A DNA stretch of 64,000 nucleotides. It comes from the human T2T-CHM13v2.0 reference genome, Homo sapiens. The stretch's first letter is position 1. Each line of letters starts with the position of its first letter. Below the pieces are notes generated by a model, which ran no database searches, was not told where the DNA came from, and saw only the letters and a list, made by a program, of their open reading frames with translations. Of the stretch, positions 54,619-64,000 are shown one piece after another. The translations under genes and the position numbers were made by a program. The stretch lies in NCBI RefSeq assembly GCF_009914755.1, contig NC_060930.1; one strand, written 5' to 3'.

Positions 54619-55032
54619 TCCACTGTGCATTGTCTCTTTTGCACAGTGTGCCTGGATGCCTCTCTGACTTACGTGTCTCATACAGTTGCCTGTGCCACAG
54701 CTGGCTGTTCCCAGAACAAACAGATGGAGACAGGCTACACAGGAATTGGGACTGCCTTTCCAAATGCATGATGCCTACAGGTGGGTGGGCCTATAGTCAT
54801 GACTGCCCCCAGGAAGAGCCACACCTGAGCTATTACAGACTCATGTTTATTGAACCTTTCAACAAAAAACTGTCTCCAGGAATCCAGGAACACAGCCCAT
54901 GTTGACCATGGTGTGATGGAGTGGAAGAGATGGGGTTTTAAATCAACTGGATTTGGTTCTCAGTTCTGCCTCTTATGGGGCCTGCAATGCTGGCCAAACC
55001 ATGTTGCATCTCTGCAGTGCAATTTTTCCATC

Positions 55033-55621
55033 TCTAATGGTTTATTTCATGTGTCACCTTGACTCAGCCATAAGGTGCTCAGATAATTGGTCAAACATTA
55101 TTCCGGGTGTGTCTGTGAAGGTGTTTCTGGATAAGGTTACATTTGAACTGGTGGACTGAGTAAAGCAGGTGACCCTCTGCAACGTGAGTGAGTCTCATCC
55201 AATCCATTCACGGCCTAATAGAATGAAGACCTGACTCTTTCACGAGTAAGAGAGAATTCTTCCTGACTGGCAACCTTCGAACTGAGACATCATCTTTTTC
55301 CTGCCTGCAGACTTGGAGTGAAACATTCACTCTTCCCGGGTCTGGAGCCTGCTAGTCTTTGGACTGGAAATACCCCATCATTTCTCCTGGGTCTCAGGCC
55401 ATCAGACTTGGACTGGAACTGACACCATCAGCTCTCCTGGGTCTTTAGGATCCAACTCATCCCACAGATCTTGGGATTTGTCAGCTTCCATAACCATATG
55501 AGCCAATTCCTTATATGTATTGTATAAATCATATATCTACATATTCATATACACACATTATATGCATACACACACACACATCTTATTAGTTCTGTTTCTC
55601 TGGAGAACCATGACAAATATA
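55033..55621 (+). mobile_element. MLT2-family LTR inserted in a MIR
   Basis: ATGTGTCACCTTGACT...GGTGTGTCTGTGAAGGTGTTTCTGGAT...GTTCTGTTTCTCTGGAGAACC. Confidence 0.85.
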
Positions 55622-56049
55622 TCATCTTCATAAGTATAATAAAATACCTCTCCTATCCATTCCCTGTGGCTATTTTTGCAGTCAAATGAGGTGCTCTGAA
55701 AACTGTGACGTGCTATTCCAATGACGGTTATCACCACTGTTGTTCATGTCAACAGTGACCTCTGAATTGCTCATACCAAGGTCAATTTCCAATACTCATC
55801 TTCCTGAGCAGTAGCATCTGACACAATGAATCATCCTCCTCCGTAAACCCTCCCCTGCCTCCCCGGACACCCCACCCTCCTGGCTGTCCCCCTTGCCCTC
55901 TGCTTGTGCCTTCTCTGGTCCCTTGCCTACTTTCTCCTCATTTCCTGGTCTTCTAAATATTGGAGCACCCCATGTTCTGTCCTTGGATCCTTTGTTTCTC
56001 CATCTATACTTACTCACTTGGTGGTGTCAGTGAGTCTCTTAGATTTGAT

Positions 56050-56440
56050 CATTGTGGCTCCCCAAGGAACAGACTCTGAAAAGGACATTTGCATGTAGGA
56101 GGCTTACTGGGGACAGCTGTCAGGATCCAAGCCTGCTACACAGGTAGGATGAGGGCTAGACACTGACTAGGCAAAAGCTGAGCTGTGCTATCCTTGCAAC
56201 AAAATGATTAGTTTTCACTGGGAACTCTACAGCTGGGATGGTCCTTGTCATACTTGGAGGAAAGGCCCTGGGCTCTTCTGTGTCCAGTCATTGGGTGTGG
56301 CCATCTGGGAAGGGTCATGGTCTCAGGCCATTGTCTTCACCTGAGGGCACATCTAGGAGAGGGTTCAGCTGAGAGCCATCAGCCCTGACACTCCTGCAGC
56401 CGGGAAAGTGAGCACTTCTGCTCTCAAGGGGAATTTGGTT
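56050..56440 (-). mobile_element. LTR16A-like LTR
   Basis: AACAGACTCTGA...CCAGTCATTGG...CAGCTGAGAGCCATCAGC. Confidence 0.55.
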
Positions 56441-57939
56441 AAGAAAGATTATGAATCTGAAGCATGGGAAATCAATTCTTGCTGTCAGATGACAAGATTT
56501 GAACATAACCCTGGCTTCAAAGCAGGCAAAGCTTTAGAGGTTTCATAAGTTAATTTATTTTATTTTAAGTATTCTGAGGGATGAAGTTTGGCAAAGTCAC
56601 AGAAGATAAATCTAGTAGCACCGCGTTTTTCCCGGCTTCCATAATCATTATGGGCTTACCCCCTTTGGTCATGTCAGATCCCAGTTTTATCAGCAGACAG
56701 CACATATTTACCCAAACTGTATAGTCTTCATTTTGTTTTACTTAAAAATAATTAGGGCTTCATAGAACCAGCTCTAACTCTTTCCCTTTGCAGCAAGGAC
56801 TTGCAGAGGCAATTGGATTTTGGAGGTGTGTTAGTGTCGTGCCGTAAGCTTCTTGCTAAAGTGCAGATCTTAGTAAAGGACGCTGGGGTTTCTATTGCAG
56901 CGCTATGATTCAGTCCCTCTGGGCAGAGCTGGGAGAGGTAAGCTCCCCTCGCTAATCGTTAATCATCTTATCGAATCTTAGCAGTCATTCAGAAATTATG
57001 ACAGCTACGTTCATTCTGACAAAGTCCTAAGGGCAGAGAAGGGATTTTTTTCAGCTTTGATTTCATAGGAGTGAATGAGGCTCTCAGGGCGAACAATTTC
57101 TTTTATGATGATTCTAATCCTGGAAGAAAAACCAAGCTGCTGTTTCTAGTGTAGAGACTCAAGCTTTGAAGCTCAGTTCTCCCACTTTGTTGGCTCTTCC
57201 CCCATGCACGGGGAAGATGCATCTGCCGGATCTGGGGGAGCCGGCTGCGACACGGGGCCGTTCTGCTTTTGCAGTACCCTGAGAGGACATGCTCAGCAGC
57301 TCTGTGGGAGCCCCCTTGGAATGAGGCACCGGTGGAAAGTGTGCGGCCTCGCTCTGTCACCAGACAGTTTCTGATCTGGGAGAATCATGCTATATGCTTA
57401 CCACCTCCATCACCATTTCTCTCAGATAAAACTGATTGAAAAATAGACAATAAGAAAAGACTTGGAGGGGTAATTGAAGTATTACAAACTTTCTCCTCTT
57501 TAGTCTGGAATGTCCACAAACGTATATGCCCACCATCACAGTCCCCAGAAACTGTCCAGCCTTCCAAAGAGCCACAAAAGACCCAGCAAAGTCTACATAA
57601 CCAGCGGCCATGTTGTACTTCTCAGGGTGGGAAGAAGAAACCATATTTCAAGTGGCATGATACTAAGAGATTGCAATTTATTCATCAGAATAAAAGGCCC
57701 ATGTTGTCATGTCAAGAGAAAGTTGGCCCCATTTAAGTTTGGAAGTGACGTTAGGGAAAAGAGATTCTAGTTTGGATTCTTGGGTTAGAACAAGTGAAAA
57801 TTGCCCTCATATCCTCTCACTCTACTGTTAATCTAATCTCACTGGTTCATTGAGGCATAACTGAGGATCTTACTAGGGACCCAAAGCTGGAAATTAAATA
57901 TTTATTTTCCATGGAGGCACATACATTCCGGTGCTCGAC

Positions 57940-58145
57940 CATCTGGGTCGAGCTCTGCCACCTGCTAGCTGAGGGACCTTAAGGCAAGTTAATAAACCTC
58001 TCGGTGCCTCAGGCTCCCCCTCTCTAATATGGGAATAGTGGTGGTTTCCAGCTTGGAAAGTTGTCTGAGTATTTAATGAGCTGGTGGATGCTGAGTCCTG
58101 AGGGCCTGGCACGTGGCAGAGTCCACAAGGTTAGCTATTATTATG
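57940..58145 (+). mobile_element. MIR
   Basis: GGCAAGTTAATAAACCTCTCGGTGCCTCAG...GTTAGCTATTATTAT. Confidence 0.7.
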
Positions 58146-58204
58146 ATTTCCTGCTTATCTGAATGAGGAGTTATCCCAGGATCAGGGAGTTTGTTAAGAC
58201 ATAA

Positions 58205-58412
58205 GGAGGGGAACATCACACACGGGGGCCTGTCGGGGGGTGGGGGACAAGGAGAGGGAGAGCATTAGGACAAACACCTAATGCATGCGGGGCTTAAAAC
58301 CCAAATGATGGGTTGATAGGTGCAGGAAACCACCATGGCCCGTGTATACCTATGTAACAAACCTGCACGTTCTACAGATGTATCCCAGAACTTAAAGTAA
58401 AATTAAAAAAAA
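58205..58412 (+). mobile_element. 5'-truncated L1PA (L1PA7-like) 3'UTR with poly(A)
   Basis: GGGGAACATCACACAC...GTATACCTATGTAACAAACCTGCACGTT...; TSD AAGACATAA/AAGATATCA after TT. Confidence 0.92.
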
Positions 58413-59819
58413 AAGATATCACACCCAATGCAGACAATAGTTCTAAAATAAGACCATGCCTTTCAGCTGATAGGTTACCTTAATGACATTTTCATATTTT
58501 CAATGTAGGACTTTTACAACTGTTATCAAAAAAAGGGGCTCCTGAGCTCTGGCTGTCACCATGGACGGGGGTGATGCATAATGTCCAGCAGGTGCTTCAG
58601 AAGGGGGGCTGTGCTGTGGAACCCAGGGCCCCGTGCCAGCTCCCCCACAGTGCTTTCTGTGTCAGGAGAACTTGGCTCTGCATGGACTGGACAAGCACAG
58701 GTGGCCTGGATGGACCCTTTCTTATCTCAGGCCTTGGTCTTCGCTCCTCTTCAGGCCTTATCACAAAGGCAGGAGCGGGACATGTGTTCCTCATTCTTAC
58801 TACAGGCTTGTGTACAAGCTATTGGTGCACAAGTCTTCTCTGGCTTCTCGGAGGACATAGATGGATTTCCCATCTCCCCAGTGGCTAACCCTTGGCTTTG
58901 GGACGATATCTAGAGGAGTGCAGAGGAGGATACATTAAAGAGCGCTCTGGCATACAACAGGAGATCAATAAATTGACATCACATAAAGAAAGCATTCAAA
59001 GTGGATGAAAAAGTCAGTGAGACACTCAGAGGTGGAGCTGTCCCCAGACCCCGTCTGAAATGGCTACCTGGTGACATGGTCCTAGAGAGGTGTCTGTGGG
59101 CTTTTGAACAAGCATTAAAAATCCCACGTTTCGGATGACCTCCAGGATCCTACCTGAGAGTGTGTTAAGGGCCCCCAGCCCCAGGGGCAGCTCTGAGGGT
59201 GCAGCATGGCTGGGATGAGAAGACTGGGGTTCAGGGAGGCATGCTCGTGTGCTTATGACCCACATTCACATGGAAGAAGAAGGTGAAGTCCTAGCAGGGC
59301 ATTTGTTTCCCTTTCTCCTGGAGTGACGTATTCACAAAGGGTCTGCGATGAGCAGGGAGGGTGCGTGGGGGTGTGCCAGCCTTGTCACTGTGCTCTAGTG
59401 GTTGTGGCTGGCCACTCCACCTGCACTCGCCCTCTGTGCATACATTTGCTTGTGGTATAACCTGAAGGAATATCAGACCCTCTGCTCTTAGGAGCAGATG
59501 CTTTCCCTTTGGGTTTACTTCTGATTCCCAGGTTCAGTGACAGCTCTCAGGAAGCCATGCCAACAGGGACACACACCACTCCAAAGCAGGGCATGGCCCC
59601 CAACAGGAATGACAGACAAGGGCTACAGGGACAGGGTGAAGTCAGCCAGGAAACCGACATTTCCATGGACACAGAGCCCAGATGGAGCACCATCTTATCT
59701 TTGCTATTTCAGGCCGGTATTTTCAGGAAGTAAAGTGTACAAATTATGGACAAAGGCTGCAGGTGTGCAGCCATAGGGCAGAGAAAGGATCTCCACTCTG
59801 GTGTGGAAAGGAAATCACA

Positions 59820-59887
59820 TTGTTTGACAAGGGTTAGATCAGAGAGAGGCAGATATGTGCCTCAGCCCCGCTTGCATTCCTAGTCAT
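59820..59887 (+). repeat. Dispersed direct repeat A, copy 1 (partner 62465-62532)
   Basis: 61/68 identical, no gaps. Confidence 0.92.
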
Positions 59888-60244
59888 GGTTTACTCCACA
59901 GGAGCAATATGGATTCATCCCAGGAACGCTCGTTTTCTTCGTTCTTTGTTGTAACAGGAGCATTATTGTGAGTGGGGTGAGGGGAGTTCAGAGACTTCAC
60001 AGTTCTGCACCAAATCTCTGCCCCGTTATCTAAAACCTTTGCAATGGTGGGGAAGTTGCTCAACTTCTCTGTTCCTCATGGTTTTATTTGAAAAGCGAGG
60101 ATAGAAATATTCTCTCTGTGGGTGGGGTTTATACCTCAATAAAGCTGTTTAAATGAGTAAAATAAAATCCACCTTAAAAAAAATGAGCCGTGTTTTGTGA
60201 GAGTACCTACCTAGCGTGATGCTTGGGATGCAGAAGGAACTAGA

Positions 60245-60312
60245 TCTACTTTGGCTCAGCTATTGATGGTAATTTTTTGTTGCCTCTTTTGCCGTTGGAT
60301 GCAAACTTCTTC
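60245..60312 (+). repeat. Dispersed direct repeat B, copy 1 (partner 63656-63723)
   Basis: 64/68 identical, no gaps. Confidence 0.92.
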
Positions 60313-61772
60313 TGGGAGTTTGCTTCCTTCTCTTCCTTCCCATTTCCCTCTTATTCATTTTTCTCCTACCTCCTCCCCTGGAGGAAGCCAGAATATCTTA
60401 GTCCTGAGGAGCTCTAGTCCACTGGAGAGGTGGGTGACGCAAGCTCACTTTCACTCTGCATGATCCCTGGGGATCTCAAGGTCTGGAGTGGGTCCGAGTT
60501 GAAAGGAAGATCTGCAGATGTCAAGCCCAACAACAAGGCCTGCTGACAGGAAGGGCGAGGGGAGACAGTCAGGAAGCCTGGAGTGGCCTGTTCATTTATT
60601 TCTATCCCCTACCCAAATATCTTTTAAATAATGCTTCTCCCCGAGTGAATTTGCCAGGAGTGAACTATTGGGGGGATGAAATGTGCAGTAATACTGTCTC
60701 ATTGCTTTCCATAGCCATTACCTGCCAATTCAGGATGTTTGATAGGTCTTAGGCAAAGAAAGAAAAACAAAAGTCTCTTGCGACCATTGGACAGCCACTG
60801 ACAGAAGAACTAGGAACTGAATGTGAGTTGGTAATTAAAGGGCCCAGAAAGAGGGAAAACTCAAAGGACTCCAGGGAGTATGGAGTTGGGATTTCGTGAA
60901 AGAGAGAAACTGTCTTTCCAAATGTTTGCCAGGGGCTGCTTTTTATACCTCTCCATTCCCTGATTTGAAAAAGCATAAGGTGTACAAAAGAGAAGGGAAA
61001 ATATCCCTGCCCAGTGTGCCTTGGGCCTCACTCCCCTGTGTCCAGTCCCTCTTCCCAGGAGTAAAGCTTTGGGAATCTTATTAGACTTTTTACTCAGACT
61101 ACAACTCAGAAGCGCAGAGAAACATGTAGATTCTTTGCTCTATCGACATCTAATTTTGTCGTCCTACTGAGCCCTACCCACTGCTTAGCAGGGGAAACAT
61201 TTCTAATGATGCTATATTTTTAATTAAAAAATTATTTAAGTTAATGTCTAATGTGGCCCAAATTTTGATCTGAAAATGTAAACAATTTCTTCAGGTAATT
61301 TTCACTTTCTTAAGGCAAAACATGCCCAGACTTATGAATTGCCTTCCCCTCCCCATTTCTGCTGGCTGGGTGGAAAAGCAGGGGCAGTTAATGACCTCTT
61401 GCAAGACAGAAGGCCTGGCACTCTTGGGCTGTGTCCCCATGTGCCTGCTGGCCACTTCCCCCTGGCATCTGCAGCAGGCACCTGGAGTGTCACTCACAGC
61501 TTGGTCCTCCCCTGGCTTGTGCAGAGCCTAGGAGAGGCTTCCCCTGGCAGAGGAGAGCTCATCTCAGCACCACCGTCTGCAGACCCCCAAACCTCTCTCT
61601 ATCTTGTCCACCATCCATGCCCCTCACCTGGAATCCCCACATCCCGCCATAGTAGGCCTGTGGCCGGCCAGTGCATGTCCACCCAGTGTCAATGCCGCAT
61701 GACGCTGAGGCCAACCCAGGGCTGCCCTTGCCTGTGTGGCTGTGCCCCCCGGGTTGACATGGCCACTCCTGA

Positions 61773-62091
<319 letters not shown>

Positions 62092-62464
62092 GGGAGTGAG
62101 CACTTTGCAAAGTCCTGGAGAGGCAGCAGAGGAAGAAGCCTGCTGTAAAAGTGTCACTTTCATTTAGTGAATGTGCTTCTACCGCTCTGGGCTCAAGCCA
62201 AGAAAGGAGAAAAATAAGACCTGGACTTCTGACCCAGAGGCCCTTCTCTCTTCCTTTCCTGTCCTCCGCTCCTCTCTCCTACCTCACCGTTTGCTGAATT
62301 GCAAGTCTCCTGGTTTAGCTGACAGAGGGACTAAAGGAAAGACGCCTCTTCTCTCCAACACAAGAGAGCCCTCAGGGGGATAAAAACCTCTGGAGCATTC
62401 TCTTTCAAGACAATAACCCAGCTTACAAATTATCTTACTGATTAGGCTTATTCTGCGTGACTAT

Positions 62465-62532
62465 TTGTTTGACGAGAGTTAGATCAGAGAGAGGCAGATA
62501 CGTGCCTAGGCCCTGCTTGCATTCCTAGCCAT
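62465..62532 (+). repeat. Dispersed direct repeat A, copy 2
   Basis: See 59820-59887. Confidence 0.92.
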
Positions 62533-63229
62533 TCCTATCTTTTCTCTTTGTATTCTTCCTGCAGCAAACCCAGATCTTGTCTAGGGATGGGATGCTAATG
62601 GTTTATGTACTTAGGCAAAAGTGAAAAATTCATCAAGAATATTTCAGATATAATCCTGGTAGCTGTGTGTGTGAATGTATGAGTGTAAATACGTAACACT
62701 TTAAAACAACAGACTTACTCTAGACGTAAGTTCTGCAACTTGCTTTCTTCACTGAATAAGTCTTTCCCATCTTTCCATATAGGTACTTGTAGACCGGCTT
62801 CTTTTTAATGGCTTCATGCTAATCCTTCGTAAGGACACAATATACTTTATTTAACCCCTTTCCTTTAATTTTGGATGTTTCTAGTTTTTCTTTTTTTTCT
62901 TTTTTCCTACCAAGAACAATGATGGTGAGGCTATGCTGGTGCATTCATGTGTTGCTTCCTGCCTAACTCCCCAAATGCAAAGAGAGTAGGCGCCTTATCT
63001 GCCTTTGTCACCACCTGCCTGGAACAGAACATACAAACAGATGAACAGAAGTGGATGAACAAACACAGTAAATGGATTCATCCTAATGGATGGAAGGGTT
63101 TATCTTTTTGTTCTCATGCACATTTCTGCAGAATACATTTCTAGAGGAGGAGCCATAGAGTCAAGGGCTCTGGATCCTTACATTTTACCGTGTGTCACCA
63201 CACTGGGCTCCAAGCCTGTGGTACTGATT

Positions 63230-63650
63230 CACCTGTCCTCCAGTGGGTGGAGTACCTAGAGAGCCTGCAGCAGGGCTGTGTGCAGGTGGCTTTGGGAAAC
63301 AATTCCAGGGAACGGGAGTGTGAGAGAAGGAAGGTAGTCAGAGGCAGAGGGGAAGCCAGTTCAGGGGAGAGTTACCAAGCTGATCCCCACTGAGGGCATG
63401 GAGAGCTCCTTCCCCCAGAGACCTTCTGAGGCACTGTGTAGAATGTGCCTCAGCATTTTCCCCTGGGCCACGCACAGGAAGAACATGTGCGTCCACCTTC
63501 TGAACCTCAGCAGTCAGAGATCCCTGGACATAGGTCAACAGCTTGCAGCCGACCCTGGGGCGCCCTGGTTTATAAAGCAGTGAGGTGGACCCTAGCTGTG
63601 TAGACTCCCCTTAGCAGACTCTACTGAAAGCCCAGCACTGGCAAGAGGGG
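63230..63650 (-). mobile_element. LTR16-family LTR fragment
   Basis: TTTGGGAAACAATTCCAGGGAAC...GTGTAGAATGTGCCTCAG. Confidence 0.5.
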
Positions 63651-63655
63651 GCAAC

Positions 63656-63723
63656 TCTACTTTTGCTCAGCTATTGATAGTGATTTTTTGTTGCCTCTTT
63701 TGCTGTTGGATGCAAACTTCTTC
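63656..63723 (+). repeat. Dispersed direct repeat B, copy 2
   Basis: See 60245-60312. Confidence 0.92.
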
Positions 63724-64000
63724 CTGGAGGAATCGCCAAGGGAGGAGGGTGGAGCCCCCACCCCACGTGCTGAACACACAGTGTGTGTGTGTGTTTCTGG
63801 GGATCTATCTGTGGATTTCTCTCTCACCACCAACCTTGATGCCACCCACACCATCCCGTGGAGTGACAGCTGAGGTAAAGGTGAAGCTCTAAAGTAGCCC
63901 ATAGGGCCGAGATTGCATGTAGATTAATTGCAGTTGAAAAATCCCCCAGACTGACCATAGAGCACAGTGGATGGAATGCTGGACTCAGTGAGGCCTGCGG

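Overview
Primate (probably human or great ape) genomic DNA, intergenic or intronic, with no confidently identifiable protein-coding gene, CpG island or structural RNA gene. Much of it is recognisable interspersed repeat: about 16 Alus (AluJ/S/Y), MaLR LTRs (MLT1/MST) with some internal sequence, MLT2, MER21, LTR16/LTR33 and other ERVL LTRs, one solo LTR12 (ERV9), L1M/L1PA/HAL1 fragments, L2, MIR, and hAT/Tigger DNA transposons. Several are nested with intact target-site duplications (TSDs). Subfamily names come from remembered consensus sequences and need RepeatMasker/Dfam confirmation. Nearly all ORFs in the track are repeat or low-complexity artefacts. Structure the repeats do not explain: (1) a near-perfect 44-bp-arm hairpin 66 bp downstream of a minus-strand, NF-Y-rich solo LTR12 that carries a G-tract expansion, a candidate LTR-driven hairpin-RNA cassette; (2) a second hairpin of about 92 nt in unique sequence; (3) a multi-segment inverted templated insertion inside an L1M; (4) two separate 68-bp local duplications near the window end; (5) a 1.25-kb C-rich VNTR with higher-order structure; (6) a pair of in-frame candidate exons at 2.1 and 5.1 kb. 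Function is inference in every case. I cannot establish a new biological system from sequence alone.
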